From NCBI GenBank assembly GCA_045535635.1, contig JAZSLZ010000015.1, positions 1 through 24,000 of the forward strand: a stretch of DNA of 24,000 nucleotides, given 5' to 3'. Under the pieces are notes generated by a model. That model did not search any database, was not told where the DNA came from, and was given only the letters and a program-made list of their open reading frames with translations. Position numbers and translations under genes: made by a program. Positions 16,221-24,000 of the stretch are shown here, in pieces. The DNA is from Clostridia bacterium (GTDB lineage: Bacteria > Bacillota > Clostridia > RGIG6154). How positions within the stretch are numbered: position 1 is the stretch's first letter; every line of letters begins with the position of its first letter.

Positions 16221-16245
16221 TAACTGATTAGGCGTAGCGTTTTTA

Positions 16246-16278
16246 AAGGCACTCTCGAAAGAGAGTGCCTTCTTTTTA
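16246..16278 (+). terminator. Rho-independent terminator after the ABC operon
   Basis: aaggcactctc-gaaa-gagagtgcctt (11-bp stem) followed by cttttta. It overlaps the stop of the convergent EamA gene. Confidence 0.75.
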
Positions 16279-17175
16279 TAGTAGTGCCACAAATATTCCT
16301 GAAAGAATGATTGCTGTGCAGAAAAGCTTATAAAGAATGTGTTTTTCTTTAAAGAATATCCAGCCTGTTAAAACTGTTACCAAAACGGAGGACTGTTTTA
16401 TTATAGTCATAACAGTAACTTCGCTTAAAGGTGAGGCGTTGGCTTCAAATAAAAGCTTATCTCCGATGATAAGTGAAAGACCCATTATGATAATCCAGTA
16501 ATTTGATTTAAGGCGTGAAATATATACTTTCTCTTTTTTTATTAAAAGTATTATACCGTAAATTAAGGTCATAAATAGCATAAACCAGAACTGTAGCTGA
16601 GAAGAATTCATATACTGCATTAAAACCTTGTCCATAGTACCTGACACTGCATTTAAAAAACAGTTTAAAAGTGCAGCAGTAAGGGTTACAAGTGTCATAC
16701 CCTTTGTTTCCGTGTTTTTCTTTAAATTAACAAGCAATAAGCCGAGTGTTACCAAAGTTACACCGATGGCTTTTTTAAGTGTAAAAACCTCGCCAAGAAC
16801 AAAAACACCTAAAAATGTTGAAAAAACCATTCTTGATAAATCCATAATTCCATAAAGACTTACAGACATCTTCTTTAATGCGGCAAAAGCACAGAGCCAC
16901 GCAGAACAAACAACTGCTGCTTTTATAAAAATAAAGAAAATTAAATCAGCTTTCAGGCTAAATGCAGAAGAAGAAAAAGGTAATGTCATAATAAGACCTG
17001 TCAGTGTGTAGAAAAAAAGAATTTCGTTGGAGCTGCTTTTTTTAAGAGCAGCTTTTTTCATTCCTTCTCTTGAGCCTTTTAAAAGTGCATATATAAAAAT
17101 AAAAATAATCCATAAACTATCCGTATAAATCACCTCACGATTAGTTAGTATACTATTTTCAGCAAGGAAAAGCAA
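16276..17175 (-). CDS. EamA/DMT-superfamily transporter; start codon uncertain
   Basis: About ten hydrophobic helices arranged as two repeats, with a size typical of EamA proteins. The ORF-track start is a TTG at 17175 with no ribosome binding site. An in-frame GTG at 17133 lies inside a GAGGTG. No canonical pairing of ribosome binding site and start codon is visible. Confidence 0.75.
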   Translation of the reverse strand: MLFLAENSILTNREVIYTDSLWIIFIFIYALLKGSREGMKKAALKKSSSNEILFFYTLTGLIMTLPFSSSAFSLKADLIFFIFIKAAVVCSAWLCAFAALKKMSVSLYGIMDLSRMVFSTFLGVFVLGEVFTLKKAIGVTLVTLGLLLVNLKKNTETKGMTLVTLTAALLNCFLNAVSGTMDKVLMQYMNSSQLQFWFMLFMTLIYGIILLIKKEKVYISRLKSNYWIIIMGLSLIIGDKLLFEANASPLSEVTVMTIIKQSSVLVTVLTGWIFFKEKHILYKLFCTAIILSGIFVALL

Positions 17176-17199
17176 TAGGGAATTTTATAATTGCAGAAC

Positions 17200-17228
17200 T
17201 TGATAAATTTATCATTGTATGATAGAAT
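17200..17228 (+). promoter_or_regulatory. Candidate promoter of the MFS-HAD-MATE cluster (TTGATA-17 nt-TAGAAT with a TGn extension)
   Basis: -35 TTGATA at 17200-17205 and -10 TAGAAT at 17223-17228, preceded by TGA. Confidence 0.5.
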
Positions 17229-17246
17229 ATAAAATTGGTGAATTAA

Positions 17247-18434
17247 ATGGATAATAAATATAAACTTACTAAATATGCCTGTTATTTAACAAGCTTTTCT
17301 ATGGCAATAGTGCTGACACTTTCGCCGTTGTTGTTTGTAACTTTTCAGGAAATATACTCAATTTCATATACATTACTTGGTTTACTGATAGTTGTGAATT
17401 TCTCAACTCAGCTTTTGGTTGATGTGATATTTACGGTTTTTTCAGACAAGTTTAACATACATAAAGTAGTAAAGCTAATGCCGCTTATTACTTTTTTTGG
17501 TATGGTTATTTATTCAGTGATGCCGATGCTGTTGCCTGAATATGCATACTTTTGGATTGTTGTGGGTACAATAATATTTTCAGTAGCCGCAGGGTTAAAT
17601 GAAGTGCTTACAAGTCCTGTTGTAGCTGCAATTCCAAGTGAAAATCCTGAAAAAGAAATGAGCATACTTCATTCTGCATACGCGTGGGGAGTTGTTATTG
17701 TTGTAGCGGTAAGCAGCCTTTATCTTAAAATTTTCGGCACTGAAAAATGGAATTTGCTTGGCTTAATATGGTCAGTTATCCCTTTTGTTGATTATATAAT
17801 TTTCAAAAAAGCATTGCTTCCTGAGATGGAAAATACAAAGAGTGATAAAATATCTTCAAAAGGTATGGGTGTTGGACTAGTACTTTTTGTGGTATGTATA
17901 TTTTTTGGCGGTGCTGCTGAATGTACAATGTCACAATGGTCTTCAAGCTTTATAGAAAAAACACTTAATATTCCGAAATTGCTTGGTGATATTTTAGGCG
18001 TAGCGTTGTTTTCTGTACTTTTGGGATTGGGAAGAACACTTTATGCAAAATTTGGGAAAAATATATTAAATGTTATGCTCTGGGGAATGGCAGGTTCTGC
18101 AATATGTTATGTGGCGGTAAGCATTTTTGATAGTGCGGTTTTAGCTCTTGTTGCGTGTATTATAACGGGCTTGGCTTCTTCAATGCTATGGCCGGGAACC
18201 ATTATATGTGTTGGGGAAAAATATCCGTCAGCAGGAGTGTGGATTTATGCTCTTATGGCTGCAGGAGGAGATATGGGTGCATCAGTTGCACCTCAACTTG
18301 TAGGTATAATAGCTGATAATTTCAGTATGAGAACAGGGATGTTTGTAGCAGCAATGTTTCCGTTACTCGGCGTAATAACAATACTTATTATAAAGAGATA
18401 CTTTAAATCATCAAAGGAGAAGAATAATGGGTAA
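17247..18434 (+). CDS. MFS transporter
   Basis: About 12 hydrophobic helices in 395 aa, split by a central hydrophilic loop (PEMENTKSDKISSKG). The substrate cannot be determined. Confidence 0.8.
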   Translation: MDNKYKLTKYACYLTSFSMAIVLTLSPLLFVTFQEIYSISYTLLGLLIVVNFSTQLLVDVIFTVFSDKFNIHKVVKLMPLITFFGMVIYSVMPMLLPEYAYFWIVVGTIIFSVAAGLNEVLTSPVVAAIPSENPEKEMSILHSAYAWGVVIVVAVSSLYLKIFGTEKWNLLGLIWSVIPFVDYIIFKKALLPEMENTKSDKISSKGMGVGLVLFVVCIFFGGAAECTMSQWSSSFIEKTLNIPKLLGDILGVALFSVLLGLGRTLYAKFGKNILNVMLWGMAGSAICYVAVSIFDSAVLALVACIITGLASSMLWPGTIICVGEKYPSAGVWIYALMAAGGDMGASVAPQLVGIIADNFSMRTGMFVAAMFPLLGVITILIIKRYFKSSKEKNNG

Positions 18435-19242
18435 ATTTGACGGTGTTTTAATTTGCACTGACCTTGACGGCACACTCTTAAAAAAAGATAAATCAATTTC
18501 TGAAGAAAATATAAAAGCTATTGAATATTTTAAAAAGGAAGGCGGATTTTTCACTTTTGTTACAGGAAGATCTGCAAGTACCGTAGCAGATATGTACGAT
18601 AAGGTTCATCCTAATGCGCCTATAGGGTGCTTTAATGGTGGCGGAATTTATGATAAAGAGAAAGAAACATATATTTTCAGAATAAAAACAGACAGGGATG
18701 TTTTAAAGCTCGTTAAATGTGTAGATGAAAATGTTGATGAAGCAGGAATTTTAATGCACACATTTGAAAAAATATATTTTTCAAAAGAAAACGAAGTTAC
18801 AGACTGGTTTATGAAAATCACAGGAGCAGAACACATTGTGAAAAGCTATGAAGAAATTGAAGAAGATTTTTCAAAAGTAGTTTTCTGCTGCGAAAAAGAA
18901 GAAAGTATTCTAAAAATAAAAAAACTTCTTGATGAACATCCATTTAATGAAAAGTTTGATTTTGTCCGTTCTGAAAAGCATCTTTATGAAATATTGCCTA
19001 AAGGCTCAAATAAAGGCGTAGCAATAAAAGAACTTGCTAAAATACTTGAAACAGATAAAACAATTGCCATAGGCGATTTTTATAATGATATTCCTATGTT
19101 CAAAGAAGCAAAAATAGGCGTTGCGGTTTCAAATGCATGTAAAGAAGCAATAGAAAGTGCGGATTATGTAACCGTAAGTAATGAAGAAAATGCTATTGCT
19201 AAGGTGATTTCAGACATAGAAAAAGGGAAGATAAAGTTTTAA
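18427..19242 (+). CDS. Cof-type HAD-IIB family hydrolase (sugar-phosphate phosphatase-like)
   Basis: HAD motif I is LICTDLDGTLL, motif II is FVTGRS and motifs III/IV are K...GDFYNDIPMF. It overlaps the MFS gene by 8 nt, and AAGGAG lies 8 nt upstream. Confidence 0.88.
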   Translation: MGKFDGVLICTDLDGTLLKKDKSISEENIKAIEYFKKEGGFFTFVTGRSASTVADMYDKVHPNAPIGCFNGGGIYDKEKETYIFRIKTDRDVLKLVKCVDENVDEAGILMHTFEKIYFSKENEVTDWFMKITGAEHIVKSYEEIEEDFSKVVFCCEKEESILKIKKLLDEHPFNEKFDFVRSEKHLYEILPKGSNKGVAIKELAKILETDKTIAIGDFYNDIPMFKEAKIGVAVSNACKEAIESADYVTVSNEENAIAKVISDIEKGKIKF

Positions 19243-19264
19243 CAAAAGAGAAAGAGGAAAGTAA

Positions 19265-20638
19265 ATGTTTAAAAAATTATTTGCACCAACGGATATGACG
19301 AAAGGCTCGGTGTGGAAAGGAATTGTCCTTTTTACACTTCCTATGCTTGTGGGAAATATTGCTCAGCAGTTGTATAGTACGGTGGACAGTATTGTTGTAG
19401 GAAATTATGTTGGGGATAATGCTCTGGCGGCAGTTGGAAGTGCTTCGCCTATAGTGTTTTTGTTTTTAGTTCTCTTTATTGGTGTTTCAGCTGGAGCTAA
19501 CATAATGGTTTCACAGTATTTTGGAGCAGGGAAAAGAGAAAGTCTTTCTTATACTGTGGGTAATTGTATAACAATTACAGCAATATGTTGTGTGTTTTTG
19601 ATTGTTGTTGCCGTCCCTCTTATAAAGCCTGTTCTGCTAATGCTTAACACTCCTGATACAATTCTTGACTGGTGTGCCGATTATCTTATGATTTCCCTTA
19701 TCGGTATAGCAGGTATGGCTTATTATAATATTTTAAGCGGTGTTATAAGAGGTCTTGGGGATTCAGTGTCAGCTCTAATATATTTGTTGATTGCAACTGT
19801 TATCAATATCGTTCTTGATGTTTATTTTGTGGCAAAGCTGGGAATGGGAGTTGCAGGGGTAGCTCTTGCTACAGTAATAGCACAGTTTGTTTCATCGGTA
19901 CTTTGCCTTATAAAACTTGCCAAGATGAAAGAATTCTTTGATTTTGGATGGAAGTACTTAAAGCCTAAAAAAGCCTATGTTAACACAATAATAAGATTAG
20001 GTTTGCCATCAGGTCTTACTCAGGCAATCTTTTCTTCTGCGATGATATTGGTTCAATCACTTACAAATCAGTTTGGTGAACTTTTTATTGCGGCAAATGT
20101 AGTCATAATGCGAGTTGATGGTTTTGCTATGATGCCAAACTTCTCCTTTGGCACTGCACTCACAACATTTTCAGGACAAAATGTTGGTGCCGGTCTTTAT
20201 GACAGAGTAACAAAAGGTGCAAAGCAGGGAACCTTGATAGCTGTAGGATGTTCAACAGTTATTACTCTTGGAATATTATTGTTTGGAAAACCGCTTATGG
20301 GAGTCTTTACCGATACTCCTGAGCTTGTAAACAGAAGCTATGAGCTTATGAAAATTTTAGCCGTCGGCTATATAGCGGTAGCAGTAACACAGAGTCTTTC
20401 GGGAATTATGAGAGGCGCAGGGGATACAATGACTCCTATGTGGATTTCCCTCATAACAACGGTTGCAGTAAGAGTTCCCCTTGCTTATGGAATTTCTTAT
20501 TTAACAAAAACACCTGAAATGCCACTTGGGATGAGTGAATGTATTCAGATTTCCCTTCTTGCTTCCTGGCTTATTGGTGCATTACTTACTGCCATATTCT
20601 ATGTAAAAGGAAATTGGAGAACAAAGTCTATTAAATAA
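19265..20638 (+). CDS. MATE-family efflux transporter
   Basis: 12-helix protein of about 457 aa. The N-terminal segment FTLPMLVGNIAQQLYSTVDSIVVG is typical of the MATE/NorM family. Confidence 0.9.
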   Translation: MFKKLFAPTDMTKGSVWKGIVLFTLPMLVGNIAQQLYSTVDSIVVGNYVGDNALAAVGSASPIVFLFLVLFIGVSAGANIMVSQYFGAGKRESLSYTVGNCITITAICCVFLIVVAVPLIKPVLLMLNTPDTILDWCADYLMISLIGIAGMAYYNILSGVIRGLGDSVSALIYLLIATVINIVLDVYFVAKLGMGVAGVALATVIAQFVSSVLCLIKLAKMKEFFDFGWKYLKPKKAYVNTIIRLGLPSGLTQAIFSSAMILVQSLTNQFGELFIAANVVIMRVDGFAMMPNFSFGTALTTFSGQNVGAGLYDRVTKGAKQGTLIAVGCSTVITLGILLFGKPLMGVFTDTPELVNRSYELMKILAVGYIAVAVTQSLSGIMRGAGDTMTPMWISLITTVAVRVPLAYGISYLTKTPEMPLGMSECIQISLLASWLIGALLTAIFYVKGNWRTKSIK

Positions 20639-20647
20639 TCTGCCATG

Positions 20648-20676
20648 ATAATCTGCTACGGCAGATTATTTTTTTT
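20648..20676 (+). terminator. Rho-independent terminator
   Basis: ataatctgc-tacg-gcagattat (9-bp stem) followed by a T8 run. Confidence 0.7.
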
Positions 20677-20705
20677 GATTTGTAAAGAAAAGTGTGCAAA
20701 AAGTA

Positions 20706-20734
20706 TTGAAAAATTGAGAAAAATGTAATATAAT
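20706..20734 (+). promoter_or_regulatory. Candidate promoter of the glmM operon (TTGAAA-17 nt-TATAAT)
   Basis: -35 TTGAAA at 20706-20711 and a consensus -10 TATAAT at 20729-20734. This implies a leader of about 120 nt. Confidence 0.55.
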
Positions 20735-20861
20735 AGCTATATAGATGAACAAAAATGCAACTATAAGTTGCGAAAAGGTTCAAATAAAAGTTGGTAGATA
20801 TGGTTAAGTACATTTGCTATCATAAATATAATATATGTATATAAGGAAAGGTGAGTCGTTT

Positions 20862-22481
20862 ATGAAAATCGGTGAAAAAATTACACATCTTCGTGTTGCT
20901 GCAGGTATTTCTCAGGAACAGTTGGCAGAAAAAATAGAGGTGTCAAGACAATCAGTTTCAAAATGGGAAATGGATCAGGCACTTCCACAAATAGATAAAG
21001 TTCTTCAGCTTTGTGAACTTTTTGACATATCTACTGATGAACTGTTGTGTGATAATATAGAATTACAAAAAGAACCGGCGGAAAACACAGGTAATAAGTA
21101 TTTTGGAACAGACGGCTTCAGAGGAGAAGCTAATGTTGGACTTACTTCTATGCATGCTTATCAGGTTGGAAGATTTTTAGGTTGGTATTATTCTTCTGAG
21201 CTTTCAGGATGCACAAAAGCAAATCACCGTCCAAAAATCGTGATCGGTAAAGATACAAGACGATCAAGTTATATGCTTGAATATTCTATTGCTGCAGGAC
21301 TTACAGCATCAGGAGCAGATGCTTATATGCTTCATGTTACAACAACACCAAGTGTGTCTTATGTAACAAGACAAGAGGACTTTGATTGCGGTATTATGAT
21401 TACTGCATCACACAATCCTTTCTATGATAACGGAATTAAAGTTATAAATAGATATGGTGAAAAGCTTGACGATAAAACCACAGCTTTAATTGAAGCATAT
21501 ATTGACGGCAATTTAAAAACTCTTGGCGTTAGCGGTAATGATTTACCACTTGCAACAAAAGATAAAATTGGATGTATTATTGATTATTCATCAGGAAGAA
21601 ACAGATACCTTGGTTATCTTATTTCTATCGCTTCTCATTCATATAAAAATTTGAAAATAGGACTTGATTGTGCAAACGGTGCTTCATGGATGATTGCAAA
21701 ATCGGTGTTTGCGGCACTTGGTGCACAAACTATAGTAGTAGGTGCTGAACCTGACGGACTTAATGTTAACGAAAACTGCGGTTCAACACATATCGAGAAT
21801 TTATGTAAAATAGTTAAAGAGCAGCATCTTGATATTGGCTTTGCATTTGATGGTGATGCGGACAGATGTATTGCAGTTGACGGCAACGGCGAAGTGGTAG
21901 ATGGAGACAAAATGCTGTATATTTTAGGTAAAAGACTTAAATCAAGGGGAATGCTTAACCACGATACTGTTGTTGCTACAATTATGTCTAACAGCGGATT
22001 TTTTGGAAGTCTTGAAGAAGCAGGTATAAAATGCGAACAGACAAATGTAGGTGACAGATTTGTTTATGAGTGTATGCAGGAAAAAGGATATGATTTAGGC
22101 GGAGAACAGTCAGGTCATATTATAATTAAAAAATACGCAACAACAGGCGACGGAATTCTTACTGCAATTATGATAGCCGAAGAGGTTTGTGATTCAAAAT
22201 TGTCTCTTGCAGAACTTGCTGCACCTGTTAAGCTTTACCCTCAATATACTAAGAATGTAAGAGTTAAAGATAAACCTGCAGTATTTAAAGATGAGGCGGT
22301 TATGGAAAGTCTTGCTGAAGTTGAAAAGCTTATAAATGGTAAGGGCAGAGCATTGCTTCGTCAAAGTGGTACTGAACCTGTTATAAGAGTAATGATTGAA
22401 AGTGAATCTGAAGAAAAATGCGTTGAGTATGCAAATATAATTGCTGATGCAATATTAAAGGGAGGACACGGCGTTGAATAA
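20862..22481 (+). CDS. glmM: Phosphoglucosamine mutase fused to an N-terminal XRE-family helix-turn-helix domain
   Basis: N-terminus: IGEKITHLRVAAGISQEQLAEKIEVSRQSVSKWEMDQALPQIDKVLQLCELFDISTDELL is a Cro/C1-type HTH. From nt 21096 onward the sequence is full-length GlmM: KYFGTDGFRGEAN, the phosphoserine loop TASHNPFYDNGIK, the metal loop FDGDADR, the sugar loop GGEQSGH and the phosphate loop RQSGTEP. No stop codon or plausible internal start separates the two parts. ATG 20862 follows AAAGGTGAG; the ORF-track start is 20835. Confidence 0.9.
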   Translation: MKIGEKITHLRVAAGISQEQLAEKIEVSRQSVSKWEMDQALPQIDKVLQLCELFDISTDELLCDNIELQKEPAENTGNKYFGTDGFRGEANVGLTSMHAYQVGRFLGWYYSSELSGCTKANHRPKIVIGKDTRRSSYMLEYSIAAGLTASGADAYMLHVTTTPSVSYVTRQEDFDCGIMITASHNPFYDNGIKVINRYGEKLDDKTTALIEAYIDGNLKTLGVSGNDLPLATKDKIGCIIDYSSGRNRYLGYLISIASHSYKNLKIGLDCANGASWMIAKSVFAALGAQTIVVGAEPDGLNVNENCGSTHIENLCKIVKEQHLDIGFAFDGDADRCIAVDGNGEVVDGDKMLYILGKRLKSRGMLNHDTVVATIMSNSGFFGSLEEAGIKCEQTNVGDRFVYECMQEKGYDLGGEQSGHIIIKKYATTGDGILTAIMIAEEVCDSKLSLAELAAPVKLYPQYTKNVRVKDKPAVFKDEAVMESLAEVEKLINGKGRALLRQSGTEPVIRVMIESESEEKCVEYANIIADAILKGGHGVE

Positions 22482-23139
22482 AAAAGTGGAAACAAAAGAG
22501 TTGTTTGAATGTAATACACCATACCTTACAAAACTTTTTGAAGCACATAAATATCCGTGGGAAATGCTTCCTGAAATAAAAGGTTATATAATTGAGCTTA
22601 TAGCAAAAGGACTTGACGGTTTTGAAGAAATTTCAGAGGGAGTATATGTAGGAAAAAATGTAAAAATATACCCAACTGCTACAATAGAAGGTCCTGCAAT
22701 TATAGGCGAAGGCACAGAAATAAGACCTGGAGCGTTTTTAAGAGGTAATGTAATAACAGGTGCTAATTGTGTAATCGGTAATTCATCGGAGCTTAAAAAC
22801 TGTGTGCTTCTTGACAAAGTTCAGGTTCCGCACTATAATTATGTAGGAGACTCAATCCTTGGTAACAAAGCACATATGGGAGCAGGTTCAATATGCTCTA
22901 ACTTAAAGACAGACGGAAAAGCAGTAGTTATCCACGGAGATGAAAATTACGAAACAGGTCTTCGTAAAATCGGCGGAATACTTGCAGATGGTGCAGATGT
23001 AGGTTGTGGATGTGTTTTAAATCCAGGAACTGTAATCGGCAAAAACACATCAGTTTATCCTCTTAATTCTTTAAGAGGAGTTTTCCCTGAAGGTTGTATT
23101 ATAAAATCTCAGAATAATATTGTAGAAAGAAGGAAATAA
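22474..23139 (+). CDS. Left-handed beta-helix (hexapeptide-repeat) acetyltransferase resembling the C-terminal GlcN-1-P acetyltransferase domain of GlmU, without a uridylyltransferase domain
   Basis: The hexapeptide repeats match the GlmU-C pattern: IRPGAFLRGNVITGANCVIGNSSELKNCVL...VPHYNYVGDSILGNKAHMGAGSICSN...GADVGCGCVLNPGTVIG. The TTG start is 7 nt after GGAGGA and overlaps the glmM stop by 8 nt. Confidence 0.7.
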   Translation: MNKKVETKELFECNTPYLTKLFEAHKYPWEMLPEIKGYIIELIAKGLDGFEEISEGVYVGKNVKIYPTATIEGPAIIGEGTEIRPGAFLRGNVITGANCVIGNSSELKNCVLLDKVQVPHYNYVGDSILGNKAHMGAGSICSNLKTDGKAVVIHGDENYETGLRKIGGILADGADVGCGCVLNPGTVIGKNTSVYPLNSLRGVFPEGCIIKSQNNIVERRK

Positions 23140-23140
23140 A

Positions 23141-23842
23141 ATGAAGTATATTGAAGTGGAAAATTATGAAGAATTGAGCAGACAGGCTGCTGAAATAATA
23201 GCAAATCAGATTAAAGAAAAGCCTGAAAGTATTTTAGGCCTTGCAACAGGTTCAAGTCCTCTTGGATTATATAAGTGTCTTGCAGAAGATAAAGAGCTTG
23301 ATTTTTCAAAGGCTACATCTGTAAATCTTGATGAATATGTTGGACTTACAGGTGAAAACGATCAGAGCTATCGTTATTTTATGAATGAAAACCTGTTCTC
23401 TAAAATCAATATCAGAAAAGAATATACATTTGTTCCAAACGGTTGTGCGGAAGATGTTGAAAAAGAATGCAGAGAATATGACGAAAGAATAGAAAAATTA
23501 GGTGGAATTGATATTCAGCTTCTTGGTATAGGGCTTGACGGTCATATTGGCTTTAATGAACCTGATGAAGTGTTTATTAAAGAAACTCATCTTGTTGACC
23601 TTGATGCATCAACAATAGAGGCAAATGCAAGATTTTTCAATTCAATAGATGAAGTTCCAAAGAAAGCCGTTACTATGGGTATGGGCGGAATAATGGGAGC
23701 AAAAAAAGTGCTTCTTATTGCAAACGGAAAGAATAAAGAAGAAATAGTTAAAAAGGCATTTTTTGGTCCAATAACACCAAAAGTTCCTGCATCTATTCTT
23801 CAGCTTCACCCTGATGTGACAGTGATTTATTCAAAGAATTAA
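23141..23842 (+). CDS. nagB: Glucosamine-6-phosphate deaminase
   Basis: The motifs LGLATGSSPLGLY, NLDEYVGL and LLGIGLDGHIGFNEP are present. The length of about 233 aa matches the short Firmicute type. Confidence 0.93.
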   Translation: MKYIEVENYEELSRQAAEIIANQIKEKPESILGLATGSSPLGLYKCLAEDKELDFSKATSVNLDEYVGLTGENDQSYRYFMNENLFSKINIRKEYTFVPNGCAEDVEKECREYDERIEKLGGIDIQLLGIGLDGHIGFNEPDEVFIKETHLVDLDASTIEANARFFNSIDEVPKKAVTMGMGGIMGAKKVLLIANGKNKEEIVKKAFFGPITPKVPASILQLHPDVTVIYSKN

Positions 23843-23854
23843 TATTAACATATT

Positions 23855-23897
23855 AAAAAACACCGATAATTCTTAACAAATTATCGGTGTTTTTTTT
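23855..23897 (+). terminator. Rho-independent terminator after nagB
   Basis: acaccgataat-tcttaacaa-attatcggtgt (11-bp stem) followed by T7, with an A-tract on the upstream side. Confidence 0.75.
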
Positions 23898-23953
23898 CTG
23901 TACGTTTTATGGAACAGTATAATTGCTATAATCCTGTTGTAGGAGTGATAGTG

Positions 23954-24000
23954 ATGAAAAGAAGTGTGGGATTTTTTCTTAAGATTAAAGGTATAGTGGA
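23954..24000 (+). CDS. 5' end of an unidentified ORF truncated by the window edge
   Basis: The ATG at 23954 is 8 nt after AGGAG (23941-23945). Only about 15 codons are visible (MKRSVGFFLKIKGIV), so the product is unknown. Confidence 0.25.
   Translation, partial: MKRSVGFFLKIKGIV

Noticed and set aside
20741-20861. Possible glmS-ribozyme-like or other riboswitch in the glmM leader
   Set aside because: The leader is too short, and I can recognise none of the conserved glmS ribozyme core. Only a simple hairpin is present.
1-24000. Search for CRISPR arrays, defence systems, toxin-antitoxin pairs, prophage or integrase genes, and long direct or inverted repeats across the window
   Set aside because: None found by eye. 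The only mobile-element signatures are the IS200 copy at 1-705 and the repeat-bracketed insert at 4327-4635.

Overview
AT-rich chromosomal segment that looks like a Clostridia-type Firmicute, judging from gene content, GGAGG-type ribosome binding sites and a lipobox (inference only). Most of it is ordinary housekeeping and transport. From left to right: an apparently intact IS200-type insertion sequence (TnpA only); nfnA-nfnB plus a translationally coupled unknown membrane-anchored protein; a histidine phosphatase; a convergent lepA-amidohydrolase unit; a 6-phosphofructokinase; a stand-alone tRNA-Lys(CUU); a DUF368 membrane protein; thioredoxin reductase; a PHP-family phosphatase and a YgjV-like membrane protein; a three-gene sugar ABC importer; an EamA transporter; an MFS/HAD/MATE cluster; and an amino-sugar operon (glmM, a left-handed beta-helix (LbH) acetyltransferase, nagB). 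I see no CRISPR array, defence island, prophage or toxin-antitoxin module, and I cannot support a claim of a large novel multi-gene system. Two things are worth follow-up. (1) The glmM gene is fused in frame to an N-terminal XRE-type helix-turn-helix (HTH) domain. It heads an operon with a GlmU-C-terminal-like acetyltransferase and NagB. (2) A 257-bp hairpin-dense insert is bracketed by a perfect 26-bp, itself palindromic, repeat that duplicates a bidirectional terminator between two convergent genes. Several ORF-track starts appear too far upstream and were trimmed using ribosome-binding-site position and homolog N-termini. All function calls come from motif recognition by eye, not database searches.
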